Source: Psychromonas sp. (GTDB lineage: Bacteria; Pseudomonadota; Gammaproteobacteria; Enterobacterales; Psychromonadaceae). From it: DNA of 64,000 nt. The stretch is from contig NZ_JBFGZY010000003.1 in assembly GCF_041586535.1 (NCBI RefSeq), forward strand, positions 1,021 to 65,020. The letters run 5' to 3'. Below the pieces are notes generated by a model, which searched no databases, had not been told where the DNA came from, and saw only the letters and a program-made list of their open reading frames with translations. This document shows, in pieces, positions 18,655-28,486 of this stretch; the first letter of the stretch is position 1; each line of letters opens with the position of its first letter. The translations under genes were made by a program, and so were the position numbers.

Positions 18655-18923
18655 CTAGAGCACCATATAGTTTAAAAAAACGGCACCAGCGAGAGCCAAA
18701 ATGGCCTCAGGGAAGGCAAATTTTTGAAGATTTAGTGCGCTAAACCGGATAAATTTAACGCAGCATGAGGTCATTTGGGCCTCGCCCTTCGGGAGCGCCT
18801 GAAAATTGCCCAGACTACGTTGTGTCAGCTTGAAAGAGATCTCTATTCCTTCGCTAACACGCCTTGCCTGAGCGATTTTTAGTCAGCTCTGGCGTTCGTT
18901 TTTTAAACTATATGGTGCTCTAG
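18655..18923. mobile_element. MITE-like palindromic repeat, copy B (269 bp, full length)
   Basis: Perfect 24-25 bp terminal inverted repeats CTAGAGCACCATATAGTTTAAAAAA / TTTTTTAAACTATATGGTGCTCTAG. The arms stay imperfectly complementary further inwards. There is no ORF. Confidence 0.8.
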
Positions 18924-18939
18924 TGAGGGATGCTGTATG

Positions 18940-19608
18940 CTAAAGCAATTTTTCTCTCTGTTCTTTGATAATGGTTTCAATGACATCTTGTAGTGTCTGT
19001 GACTCTTGTGCGCCGGAAAGCAGATATTGTTTATTAAAAATAAAAGCGGGTACGGCCTGAACATCATTTTTATGCCAGAAATGCTGATCATCGCGGACGG
19101 CTTGTGCATAACGCTGCGTCTCTAAAACCTCTTTTGCTGCCTCTCGGTTAAGGCCAACTTTTTCTGCGACATCAAGCAGTAATGTTAATTCACTTGGATT
19201 TTTCTGCTGCGTGAAATAAAGATCGAACAATGCCAGTTTCAATTCAGTCTGTTTATCGTATAATTTAGCCCAATGTAATAATTGATGGGAAAGAAATGAA
19301 TTATAAATACGTGAGTTTTCATTAAAAGAAAATTCAAATCCGACAGATTTGCCTATGTCAACAATCTGTTGGCGACTTTTTATACTCTGCTCTTTACTTG
19401 AGCCATATTTATCCTGCAAATGAGTTGCTAAATGCTCTCCTGCTAATGGCATCTCCGGGTTTAATTCAAAAGGCTGCCAATATATTTGAAATTCGACATT
19501 ATTTTTCATGTTCAGCATAGCTTGTTCGAGTTTTTTGTAGCCGATAATGCACCACGGGCACATTACGTCCGAGACGATGTCAATGCGAATGATTGGAAGC
19601 TTGGACAT
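18940..19608 (-). CDS. DsbA-family oxidoreductase (FrnE / HCCA-isomerase-like)
   Basis: 222 aa with an N-terminal CPWC thioredoxin motif (IDIVSDVMCPWCIIGYKKLEQA). Confidence 0.85.
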   Translation of the reverse strand: MSKLPIIRIDIVSDVMCPWCIIGYKKLEQAMLNMKNNVEFQIYWQPFELNPEMPLAGEHLATHLQDKYGSSKEQSIKSRQQIVDIGKSVGFEFSFNENSRIYNSFLSHQLLHWAKLYDKQTELKLALFDLYFTQQKNPSELTLLLDVAEKVGLNREAAKEVLETQRYAQAVRDDQHFWHKNDVQAVPAFIFNKQYLLSGAQESQTLQDVIETIIKEQREKLL

Positions 19609-19864
19609 GTCACTCTCTATTTAAAATGATGGTATCTTTGATCTACTGGATCATAATTAAGTCTAGCACCATTTAAATTATTGGTATGAGTAACAGTTTT
19701 TATGCTTTAAAGTTGAACAACAAGGTTATTATATTATTGCGAGAAAGCTGCGAACTTCGTCGCTCTCGACTCGAAGCTCGTGGCTCATAATTCGTGCAGC
19801 TAAATGCTAACAAACTTAGATTGCAAAAAGTTAGCCTATCACTGACTTGCGACTAAGATACAGG

Positions 19865-20398
19865 CTAACGGTTAACTTTCACTCTGTTATTGGTATCTCT
19901 GCTTTTTTTAATTAACTTATTATCAATAACATGCGATGTTGATTTTGCCAGGCGATCATAAAGTACAACATTAACTGTTGCGGCCAGATTCATGCAGCCA
20001 ATGGTCGGTACATATACTACATCGTCAGCTTTGTTTACCATGGATTGTTTGATGGTGCCGTCTTCAGGGCCGAAAATATACAGGGCTTTTTCAGGGTGAA
20101 CAAAATTAGGCAGAGGAGTGGCGCCCTCAATAAGGTCAACACAAACCACCTTGAGATCACCGCGCTGATTATCAGTGATATCATTTGTTATTGTATCAAG
20201 TAAATCAGGTACATTAGTGAGAGGGATATGCCCGCTGATATTTTTAGTATCGGTATTAAGCTTCACTGCACGGTCGTAGCGGCTGCCGGTGTACAAAACT
20301 TGATTAACGGCATAACAGCCTGCTGCACGCATCACTGCACCTACATTGGTCGGGCTTTTGGGATTCACTAAACCCAACAACACTTTATTTTCAGGCAT
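19865..20398 (-). CDS. SpoU/TrmH-family RNA 2-prime-O-methyltransferase
   Basis: 177 aa. Contains NVGAVMRAAG, FGPEDGT and a C-terminal knot motif NLAATVNVVLYD. Confidence 0.8.
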   Translation of the reverse strand: MPENKVLLGLVNPKSPTNVGAVMRAAGCYAVNQVLYTGSRYDRAVKLNTDTKNISGHIPLTNVPDLLDTITNDITDNQRGDLKVVCVDLIEGATPLPNFVHPEKALYIFGPEDGTIKQSMVNKADDVVYVPTIGCMNLAATVNVVLYDRLAKSTSHVIDNKLIKKSRDTNNRVKVNR

Positions 20399-20487
20399 TA
20401 AATTCCTCGCCCCAATAGCACAATATACCCTGAGCGTTTGAGTGCCGGGTATAGATTGTAGATTATTAATTTCACATTTTTACGGGG

Positions 20488-20859
20488 TTATAATGTTTCA
20501 ATTTCAACAAGTGCTTGAGTGAATTCAGATAAATCAATTTCTAAATCATCCTCTTCTCCGAGCCAGTTGATGCCGATAACCACATTATCAGCAACCAGAT
20601 CATCAATCCAGTATTCCAGCCAGTCAGATAATGAAATGGCTGCCGGTACGTAATCCTGCCACTCTTCTGTACAGTGCTGTGCAGCAAGTTCAGCGTTTGA
20701 CCAAAGCGGCATTACTTCGGTTTGTTCGTAGTTAAGGGAGTCAAGTACAACCCAATCCTCACTCTCTTTATCCTGCAGTGCCCATAATGTTTGCGTTGGT
20801 TTAACTTCAGCAATAAACGCTGCTAGTACTTGAGTGGTGTTTGTCATGGTTTTTCTCAT
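20488..20859 (-). CDS. DUF2750-family protein
   Basis: About 120 aa, acidic. The pattern VWALQD...PLWSNAELA...W...ISLSDWLEYWIDDL...IGINW fits DUF2750. The start is ATG 20859 or 20847. Confidence 0.65.
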   Translation of the reverse strand: MRKTMTNTTQVLAAFIAEVKPTQTLWALQDKESEDWVVLDSLNYEQTEVMPLWSNAELAAQHCTEEWQDYVPAAISLSDWLEYWIDDLVADNVVIGINWLGEEDDLEIDLSEFTQALVEIETL

Positions 20860-21383
20860 CTAAGTTTATTTAAGGGCGACAGTATACTGTTATATAGCCG
20901 AATTGACAGTATCTGCAGGTGCAAATAATGCTAAAAATGAACTGCATTAATCCTGTTTTAGGTGCTGAAAATTAAACTGTTTAACTTTGCATATTCGCAA
21001 CTAATTGCCCTATTTATTAGTCGACAAGGTTAATTCAAAAAATAATGCTGTTAACGTAATGTAACATTTTACAAAAAAATATTTCCGCCCCAAAAATAGG
21101 CTGTAATCACCTTGGACAATTTCACCTAAAACTTGCGCTAATGGCAATTCTTGTCTATTCCTAGTGGAGCGGATTATAAATAAGAAATCTAAAGTAAAAA
21201 AATATCTCATTTATATTAAATACTTATTGGGTGTGTAAAAGCTTGACAAGCCACTCTTACATACAAATATTATTCACAATATAAGTACCGCAGTCTGTTT
21301 GTGCGCTTTCGAGAAATGATTCTTAAACAGGTGTCTGACATAAAGTCAATTATCATTACTTTTTGTATAAAAGGAAATGTTGC

Positions 21384-23009
21384 ATGATTGTTACCAGATT
21401 TCTTTTGTTATCTGCATTATTTACCCCTCAGTTAGTTTTTGCTAATAGCGCATTTAATATGAGAGAAGGTGTCACCGATATCAGTGAAAATGTTTATCAG
21501 TTGCACATGACTATTTTTCTTATATGCTGCGGAATTGCCTTGGTAGTCTTCGGCATTATGTTCTGGTCTATTTTTCATCATCGTCAATCGAAAGGCGTCC
21601 AGCCTGCACATTTCCACGAAAGTACAAAAATCGAGTTATTGTGGACAGCGATACCTGTTCTGATTCTGATCGCCATGGCTATTCCGGCTACTAAAACCCT
21701 TATTGCCATGGAAGATAGCAGTAAAGCCGATATCACCATTAAAATAACCGGCTCGCAGTGGAAGTGGCATTATGAATACCTGACATATAATAAAGAACCT
21801 GTCGGTGTCGATTTCTACTCTGTTATTTCCACTCCTCAGGCACAAATAGATAACCAGGCTCAAAAGCAGGCCACCTACCTTCTTGAAGTTGACCATCCGC
21901 TGGTCGTTCCGATCAATAAAAAAGTACGCTTTGTATTAACTTCCGATGATGTTATTCATTCCTGGTGGGTGCCTGATTTTGCAGTGAAAAAAGATGCTGT
22001 ACCCGGTTTTATTAATGAAGCCTGGACGCGTGTTAATAATGCCGGTATTTATCGTGGTCAGTGTGCCGAACTGTGCGGTAAAAGTCACGGTTTTATGCCT
22101 ATTGTGGTTAATGCGATGGCAGTGGATGATTTTGACAATTGGCTCGCAGAAGCAAAAATAGCGCAGCAGAATAAAGCTCAGGAAGCGCTCGCATCACAGT
22201 CTGTAACGTTGACTGAGGATGAGCTGATGAGCCTCGGTGAGCAGGTTTACATTGGTAGTTGTTCAGTTTGTCATCAACCATCAGGAACAGGGTTGCCTGG
22301 CGTTTTCCCCGCACTAAAAGGCAGTCCGATTGCAACCGGTGATGTTAATGCGCATATTGATATCGTCCTCAACGGTAAAGCAGGCAGCGCGATGCAAGCT
22401 TTTGCCAAACAGCTTTCACTTAAAGAGGTAGCGGCCATTGTCACCTATGAGCGTAACGCGTGGGGTAATGATACAGGGGACCTGGTGCAGCCGATACACA
22501 TCAGTAATTTTATCAATGCACAAAGCAGCAATGAAATAAGTGAGGTAAAAACAGTTACTCCTGTTGCTGTTGCCGAGCAGGTTACTGCCGAAGGAGGGAG
22601 CTCTGAAGAAGTTATTACTGAGCAGGCGGGCATTGAAACGAACACAGCTGAAGCAATTTCTGCACAACAGATCACTGCATTAGAAACTTTAAGCAGAGAG
22701 CAGTTAATGAGCTTAGGCGAGCAGGACTATCTGATTTATTGTGCTGCCTGTCATCAGGCAACCGGTCTGGGTATCCCGGGAGCTTTCCCGGGTTTAAAAG
22801 ACAGTCCGCTGGTAAAAGGAAATGTTGCTGAGCATCTGAATATCGTTTTGAACGGTAAACCAGGTACAGCAATGCTGCCTTTTGCAGCGCAATTAACGGC
22901 TAAACAGCTGGCGGCTATTGTCACTTACGAGCGAAATGCCTGGGGCAATGATACAGGTGATATTATCCAGCCAAGCGATATTGAGCAGGCAATGCAGGGA
23001 GAACAATAA
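21384..23009 (+). CDS. coxB: cytochrome c oxidase subunit II with two C-terminal cytochrome c domains
   Basis: Two TM helices and the CuA site HSWWVPDF...CAELCGKSHGFM, then duplicated haem c domains (CSVCH and CAACH). ATG 21384 is preferred (AAGGAAA 7 nt upstream) over the listed TTG 21363. Confidence 0.9.
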   Translation: MIVTRFLLLSALFTPQLVFANSAFNMREGVTDISENVYQLHMTIFLICCGIALVVFGIMFWSIFHHRQSKGVQPAHFHESTKIELLWTAIPVLILIAMAIPATKTLIAMEDSSKADITIKITGSQWKWHYEYLTYNKEPVGVDFYSVISTPQAQIDNQAQKQATYLLEVDHPLVVPINKKVRFVLTSDDVIHSWWVPDFAVKKDAVPGFINEAWTRVNNAGIYRGQCAELCGKSHGFMPIVVNAMAVDDFDNWLAEAKIAQQNKAQEALASQSVTLTEDELMSLGEQVYIGSCSVCHQPSGTGLPGVFPALKGSPIATGDVNAHIDIVLNGKAGSAMQAFAKQLSLKEVAAIVTYERNAWGNDTGDLVQPIHISNFINAQSSNEISEVKTVTPVAVAEQVTAEGGSSEEVITEQAGIETNTAEAISAQQITALETLSREQLMSLGEQDYLIYCAACHQATGLGIPGAFPGLKDSPLVKGNVAEHLNIVLNGKPGTAMLPFAAQLTAKQLAAIVTYERNAWGNDTGDIIQPSDIEQAMQGEQ

Positions 23010-24613
23010 TGACCGGCACAGTTGAAAGCAATCAAGGCTCTTATCAGCATCCCTCTGAAGATCATGAGCATCATGGACCAACGGGTATTAAGCGCTGGTT
23101 ATTCAGCACTAGCCATAAAGATATCGGCACGCTTTATTTAGGTTTTTCTTTGCTTATGTTTTTAGTCGGCGGAGCGATGGCAATGCTGATCCGGGCTGAA
23201 TTATTTCAACCCGGGCTGCAGTTAATTGAACCGAATTTTTATAATCAAATGACCACGGTTCATGGTTTGATTATGGTTTTTGGTGCGGTTATGCCTGCTT
23301 TTGTCGGTCTGGCAAACTGGATGATTCCGTTAATGATCGGCGCGCCGGATATGGCCTTACCGCGCATGAATAACTGGAGTTTTTGGATCTTGCCTTTTGC
23401 CTTCGCCATGCTCTTAGGATCGCTCCTGATGGAGGGCGGAGGACCGGATTTTGGTTGGACTTTTTATGCTCCTTTATCAACCACTTACAGTAATAATAAT
23501 ACCGCCATGTTTGTTTTTGCTGTGCACATCATGGGGATCAGCTCGATTATGGGGGCAATTAACGTTATTGTCACCATTGCGAATTTACGCGCACCCGGCA
23601 TGACCTGGATGAAGCTGCCGATGTTCGTCTGGACATGGTTTATTACCGCTTTTTTATTGATCGCAGTGATGCCTGTTTTAGCCGGTGCCGTGACCATGGT
23701 GTTAACCGATAAATACTTCGGTACCAGTTTCTTCAATGCCATGGGCGGCGGGGATCCGGTGATGTTCCAGCATATCTTCTGGTTCTTCGGCCATCCTGAA
23801 GTTTATATTATGATTCTGCCCGCATTTGGCATAATTTCTACTATAGTGCCGACCTTTTCACGTAAAAAGTTATTTGGTTACCACTCTATGGTATACGCCA
23901 CCGCCTCCATTGCTATTTTATCTTTTGTTGTCTGGGCGCATCATATGTTTACCACCGGTATGCCTTTAGCTGCTGAACTGTTTTTTATGTACAGTACCAT
24001 GCTTATCTCTGTGCCCACCGGGGTGAAGGTGTTTAACTGGGTAGCAACCATGTGGCGGGGGGCGATCTCCTTTGAAGTGCCGATGTTATTTGCCATTGCC
24101 TTCATAGTGCTGTTTACCATAGGCGGATTTTCGGGCTTGATGCTGGCTATTACACCTGCTGATTTTCAATACCATGATACCTACTTTGTTGTTGCCCATT
24201 TTCATTATGTATTGGTAACCGGAGCTATCTTTTCAATTATGGCGGGGGTTTATTTCTGGTTACCAAAATGGAGCGGAAATATGTTTGATATCAAACTGGC
24301 GAAAACGCATTTTTGGTTATCCTTAATCAGTGTCAATGTGCTGTTTTTCCCGATGCACTTTGTAGGGCTAGCGGGCATGCCGCGGCGCATTCCGGATTAT
24401 GCGCTACAGTTTGCCGACTTTAATGCCATTATCAGTATTGGTGGTTTTGCTTTTGGTTTATCACAACTGTTATTTGTCTGGGTGGTATTAAAATGTATCA
24501 GAGGGGGCGCAAAAGTGCCTGCAAAAGTATGGGATGGTGCCGATGGATTAGAGTGGCAAGTGCCTTCTCCTGCGCCGCATCATACCTTTAGCACACCGCC
24601 GGTTATTAAATAA
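23009..24613 (+). CDS. ctaD: cytochrome c oxidase subunit I
   Basis: 534 aa. Contains the canonical GHPEVYIL-type motif (FGHPEVYIMILP) and WAHHMFTTG. Its start overlaps the coxB stop. Confidence 0.95.
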   Translation: MTGTVESNQGSYQHPSEDHEHHGPTGIKRWLFSTSHKDIGTLYLGFSLLMFLVGGAMAMLIRAELFQPGLQLIEPNFYNQMTTVHGLIMVFGAVMPAFVGLANWMIPLMIGAPDMALPRMNNWSFWILPFAFAMLLGSLLMEGGGPDFGWTFYAPLSTTYSNNNTAMFVFAVHIMGISSIMGAINVIVTIANLRAPGMTWMKLPMFVWTWFITAFLLIAVMPVLAGAVTMVLTDKYFGTSFFNAMGGGDPVMFQHIFWFFGHPEVYIMILPAFGIISTIVPTFSRKKLFGYHSMVYATASIAILSFVVWAHHMFTTGMPLAAELFFMYSTMLISVPTGVKVFNWVATMWRGAISFEVPMLFAIAFIVLFTIGGFSGLMLAITPADFQYHDTYFVVAHFHYVLVTGAIFSIMAGVYFWLPKWSGNMFDIKLAKTHFWLSLISVNVLFFPMHFVGLAGMPRRIPDYALQFADFNAIISIGGFAFGLSQLLFVWVVLKCIRGGAKVPAKVWDGADGLEWQVPSPAPHHTFSTPPVIK

Positions 24614-25134
24614 TGAGTAAACATAACAGGTTATTTAAACGATTAATTTTAGCCAGTATAGGCATGTTCGCTTTTGCTTTTGCCCTGGTACCGTTATATG
24701 ACGTTTTTTGTGATATCACCGGGCTCAACGGTAAACCCTCTTTAACGCAGGCTGAAGTAAGTGATGTGATCGACAGTGCCAGGCTGGTTGATGTCGGGTT
24801 TTTAACCCATGTACAAAATGATGCGCCTTTTAAAGTGACTGTTGATCAGGCTGTTATCAGCGTAAAACCGGGCGAAATGAATCAGGTCACTTTCACTGCG
24901 AATAATCTCAGCAATGAAATTCGCACCATGCAGGCGGTACCGTCGGTAAGTCCGGGGCTCGCAGCCCAGTATATGCATAAAGTTGAATGCTTTTGTTTTG
25001 CTCAGCAGGTACTGCAGCCGGGTGAGACGATAGATCTTACTTTGTTGTTTTATATAGATACCGCCTTAACGACTGATATTGAGGAATTAACCTTGTCTTA
25101 TACCGTATTTGACATCGTTAAGCCCGGGAGTTAG
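24613..25134 (+). CDS. ctaG: cytochrome c oxidase assembly protein CtaG/Cox11
   Basis: 173 aa with an N-terminal TM and the copper motif VECFCF. Confidence 0.9.
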   Translation: MSKHNRLFKRLILASIGMFAFAFALVPLYDVFCDITGLNGKPSLTQAEVSDVIDSARLVDVGFLTHVQNDAPFKVTVDQAVISVKPGEMNQVTFTANNLSNEIRTMQAVPSVSPGLAAQYMHKVECFCFAQQVLQPGETIDLTLLFYIDTALTTDIEELTLSYTVFDIVKPGS

Positions 25135-25137
25135 CAG

Positions 25138-26022
25138 ATGAAATCAACAACAAGACAGCATGACAAGTACTATGTACCAGCGCAAAGTTACTGGCCGATC
25201 ATAGGTGCTGTCGGCCTGTTTTTTATTGCAGCGGGCGCTGGTTTGACCGTAATGCAGATTGGCAAGCAGGGAACATCCGGTTTCTATCTGTTAATGGCCG
25301 GATTCGCCGTCCTGTTTTTGATGCTTTTTGGCTGGATTAAAAATGTTATTCATGAGTCAAAAACAGGTCTCTATTCCCGGCAGATGGATTTATCATTCCG
25401 CCAGTCAATGTGGTGGTTCATTTTTTCTGAAGTGATGTTTTTTCTGGCTTTTTTCGGGGTGTTATTTTACGCACGTATGCTTTCGGTCCCCTGGTTGGGC
25501 GGAGCGGGCAATAATGCCATGACCAATGAGTTGTTATGGCCGGATTTCCAGGCTGTCTGGCCGTTGATAAAAACACCATCAGGCGAGACCACCCAAGCCA
25601 TGGGATGGTTCGGCTTACCTCTGTTAAATACTTTTATCTTATTAGCCTCTTCCGTCACTCTGCATTTTGCTCATCACGCTTTATTGGTAGGCAAACGCCC
25701 CCTGTTAAAAGCGCTGATGGTAATCACCGTATTCCTTGGGATCTGTTTTTTATACTTTCAAGTAGTTGAATATAGCCATGCTTACCGTGAGCTGGATTTA
25801 ACCCTGGCATCCGGCATTTATGCGAATACCTTTTATTTATTAACCGGTTTTCATGGTATGCACGTCACCCTGGGGGCCTTGTTATTGTTTATTGTCACCA
25901 TGCGAATTTTTAAAGGACATTTTACCAAAGGCAGTCATTTTGCTTTTCAGGCTGCGGCCTGGTATTGGCACTTTGTTGATCTTGTCTGGCTGTGTTTATT
26001 CTTTTTTGTCTATGTTGTTTAA
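25138..26022 (+). CDS. coxC: cytochrome c oxidase subunit III
   Basis: 294 aa, 7 TM. Motifs FYLLTGFHGMHVTLG and WYWHFVDLVW are present. Confidence 0.9.
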   Translation: MKSTTRQHDKYYVPAQSYWPIIGAVGLFFIAAGAGLTVMQIGKQGTSGFYLLMAGFAVLFLMLFGWIKNVIHESKTGLYSRQMDLSFRQSMWWFIFSEVMFFLAFFGVLFYARMLSVPWLGGAGNNAMTNELLWPDFQAVWPLIKTPSGETTQAMGWFGLPLLNTFILLASSVTLHFAHHALLVGKRPLLKALMVITVFLGICFLYFQVVEYSHAYRELDLTLASGIYANTFYLLTGFHGMHVTLGALLLFIVTMRIFKGHFTKGSHFAFQAAAWYWHFVDLVWLCLFFFVYVV

Positions 26023-26025
26023 ACA

Positions 26026-26742
26026 GTGAAACTGCCGGTAATTAGTTCATCGATAGTGCTGTTGGTGGTTGCTGTGTGTATAGGATTGGCAAATTGGCAA
26101 TGGCAACGAGCACAGCAGAAGCAGCAAAGGTTAGATAACATCCAAATGATGCAGGCAAAAGGTTTGCTGGACTGGTCTGGTTTATTTTTATTACCTGAAA
26201 CACTCGATAAAACCGGATTACGCTTGCAGTTAACCGGCTTTGTGCGTGGCAAACAATACTGGCTGTTAGATAACCGCACCTTTAAAGGACGGCCTGGATA
26301 TGATCTACTTGCCCTGTTTTATCCGAATGGCAGCGCTCAAGGTTTATTAGTCAATTTTGGCTGGGTAGCACTGGGGAACAGTCGCAACGAGTTACCACAA
26401 GTGCGATTTCCGGAAGATGAGATAACGCTTTCCGTGCAGCTCAAACAGGGGGACCTTTCTGGTTTTTATTTACCGGGTGCGGAGCAAGTTAAAGCGGGAT
26501 GGCCTAAACTTATCCAATATATTGATGTTCAACAGCAGGCGCTGCAAAGTAGTGCGCAACTTCTTGATTTTATGGCTTACGCTGTTGACTTTAATGGTGT
26601 TGCTCAACCGCATTATGAGCCGGTTGTGATGCTTCCTGAAAAACATCGGGCTTACGCTTTTCAATGGTTACTGATCGCCTTGGCTGCAGCGGTTATTTAT
26701 ATTTTTGCACTGCGTAGTTGGCGACAAGTTGATAAATGCTGA
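26026..26742 (+). CDS. SURF1-family cytochrome oxidase biogenesis protein
   Basis: 238 aa with N- and C-terminal TM helices. GLANWQWQRAQQK and HRAYAFQWLLIA are typical SURF1 ends. GTG start. Confidence 0.85.
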   Translation: MKLPVISSSIVLLVVAVCIGLANWQWQRAQQKQQRLDNIQMMQAKGLLDWSGLFLLPETLDKTGLRLQLTGFVRGKQYWLLDNRTFKGRPGYDLLALFYPNGSAQGLLVNFGWVALGNSRNELPQVRFPEDEITLSVQLKQGDLSGFYLPGAEQVKAGWPKLIQYIDVQQQALQSSAQLLDFMAYAVDFNGVAQPHYEPVVMLPEKHRAYAFQWLLIALAAAVIYIFALRSWRQVDKC

Positions 26743-26762
26743 AGCAGCACAAGGGATAATAG

Positions 26763-27275
26763 TTGGAGAATGTGGTGAACAATAAAAAATTAGTATTCTT
26801 ATTTGTGTTCAGTTTTATATTGCCTTTGCTGCTCGCTTTTACTGTGTTGAAATTAGACTGGTTACCGGGTAACACGGTTAATAATGGCAACTTTTTAATC
26901 CCTGAAGTGACATTAAATGAATGGGCGAAAATAGAGCCCAAACCCTGGTCAATTGCGCTCCTAACCTATAAAAATTGTACTGCAACTTGTCTGGCACACC
27001 GTCAACAGGTCAGGGATTTATATATTGCGCTTGGGCAAAAGCAAAATAAAGTCGATCTGGTGTTGTTAGGTGATCACAGTGCGGAAGTTGAAGGGTTTAA
27101 AAATTATCAGCCGGTCAATAACGCGCTGCAGCAAGAGGTTTTATATCTGATCGATCAGATGGGGCTGGTGGTATTTTATTACCCGCTGGTTGCCGATCCG
27201 CAGGCTAACAGGGCAACCCGTAAAGGATTAATAAAAGATCTTAAAAAATTATTAAATTACGCACGTAGCTCATAG
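26763..27275 (+). CDS. hypothetical membrane-anchored protein with CxxxC motif (possible divergent Sco/thioredoxin-fold factor)
   Basis: About 166-170 aa with one N-terminal TM. It carries CTATC and sits between SURF1 and ctaA. The start is uncertain (TTG 26763, or GTG 26772/26775 after GGAG). Confidence 0.6.
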   Translation: MENVVNNKKLVFLFVFSFILPLLLAFTVLKLDWLPGNTVNNGNFLIPEVTLNEWAKIEPKPWSIALLTYKNCTATCLAHRQQVRDLYIALGQKQNKVDLVLLGDHSAEVEGFKNYQPVNNALQQEVLYLIDQMGLVVFYYPLVADPQANRATRKGLIKDLKKLLNYARSS

Positions 27276-27319
27276 CAGTGTAAAGCTGACAATATTTTTT
27301 ACAGGAGTATTGGATAACA

Positions 27320-28486
27320 ATGCCCAAAATAACGCCGAACATAACGCAAAAAAAAGCCATCAACATTATTTATCATAAATATAAAATATTAGTTTTATTA
27401 AGCTGTTTATTATCTGTAATAGTGGTCGGTTTAGGAGCGTATACCCGCTTAAGTGATTCCGGCTTGGGTTGTCCTGATTGGCCGGGCTGTTACGGCTTTT
27501 TAACGGTACCAACACACGCTGATCTCCAGAGCGTCACAAAACATAATCTGCCGGACTCGGATATGGTTTTTGAACCAGCAAAAGCCTGGAAAGAGATGAT
27601 CCACCGCTATTTTGCCGGGGCACTTGGTTTGCTGCTGTTGGCTATTTTATTTTTTTCTTTGTTTATCAAAAGACATTTTTTAAAGCAACAGGCACTACAC
27701 AATATAAATGCTTCTCAAGGCATTATTATACCGCTTAAATTACCCGTTTTACTGGTTATATTGGTGCTCTTTCAGGCCGTATTGGGTATGCTGACCGTAA
27801 CCATGCAGTTGCAGCCGCTGATTGTTATGGGGCATTTATTAGGTGGTTTTGCCATCTTAAGTTTATTAACGCTACTTTACCTACGTCTTCGCACGACTCC
27901 GTTATTAACAAAAAGCAGTTTTGTCGCGCATTACTTCTCATGGTGTGTAACCGCCTTATTGGTATTGCTGATCCAAATAGCCCTGGGTGGTTGGCTGGCC
28001 GCTAATTATGCGGCTCCTTATTGTGCGGGTTTGCCGCTATGCAGTGGCGGCTGGAGTGCAGGAGACTGGCAGCAAAACTTCTCAATTTTAGATGTTTTTC
28101 AGTTACCTGCCGCATCCAGTAATTACGAGTTTGGGGTGTTATCTGCACAGGCAAGAATGTCTATCCATCTGTTACATCGCTTCTGGGCAATTTTTACCTT
28201 TATGGTCATTTTAGTTGTGGCAATGCGCATTTATTGGTTAAGCCGTTGTCAGAAAACAAAAAATAGTGCGTTGCTGGTTATTACACTGCTTGTCTGCCAG
28301 GTTTTATTGGGCGTATTTTTGGTTTACTGGACTTTTCCGATCAGTATCGCCCTGGCGCATAACCTGATGGCGGCAATGCTATTGCTAAGTTTAATAAGGT
28401 TAACTTATTACGTGAAATTATCACCACTGCCGAGAAATACACCTACTGGCGTTCCTCACCTTACTGTTTCTTCAGGAGAAAACTGA
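27320..28486 (+). CDS. ctaA: haem A synthase (COX15/CtaA)
   Basis: 388 aa, polytopic. GLGCPDWPGCYG at the N terminus and conserved His in TM helices (HRYFA, MGHLLGG, HLLHRF). Confidence 0.85.
   Translation: MPKITPNITQKKAINIIYHKYKILVLLSCLLSVIVVGLGAYTRLSDSGLGCPDWPGCYGFLTVPTHADLQSVTKHNLPDSDMVFEPAKAWKEMIHRYFAGALGLLLLAILFFSLFIKRHFLKQQALHNINASQGIIIPLKLPVLLVILVLFQAVLGMLTVTMQLQPLIVMGHLLGGFAILSLLTLLYLRLRTTPLLTKSSFVAHYFSWCVTALLVLLIQIALGGWLAANYAAPYCAGLPLCSGGWSAGDWQQNFSILDVFQLPAASSNYEFGVLSAQARMSIHLLHRFWAIFTFMVILVVAMRIYWLSRCQKTKNSALLVITLLVCQVLLGVFLVYWTFPISIALAHNLMAAMLLLSLIRLTYYVKLSPLPRNTPTGVPHLTVSSGEN

Noticed and set aside
19664-19685. CTAGCACCATTTAAATT resembling the MITE terminal repeat (possible solo end)
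   Set aside because: Only about 14 of 20 positions match, with an indel, and there is no adjoining core sequence. The match is too weak to call.
22190-22990. Internal duplication in coxB as a possible recent repeat or assembly artefact
   Set aside because: The two cytochrome c domains are only moderately similar at the DNA level and are separated by a unique linker. This is an old tandem domain duplication that I believe also occurs in other proteobacterial CoxB proteins.
26019-26279. 86-aa minus-strand ORF at the coxC/SURF1 junction; some cox clusters carry a small DUF2909 membrane protein here
   Set aside because: It is completely antisense to the SURF1 N terminus. It is Cys/Asn-rich with no twin-TM pattern, so it does not look like DUF2909.
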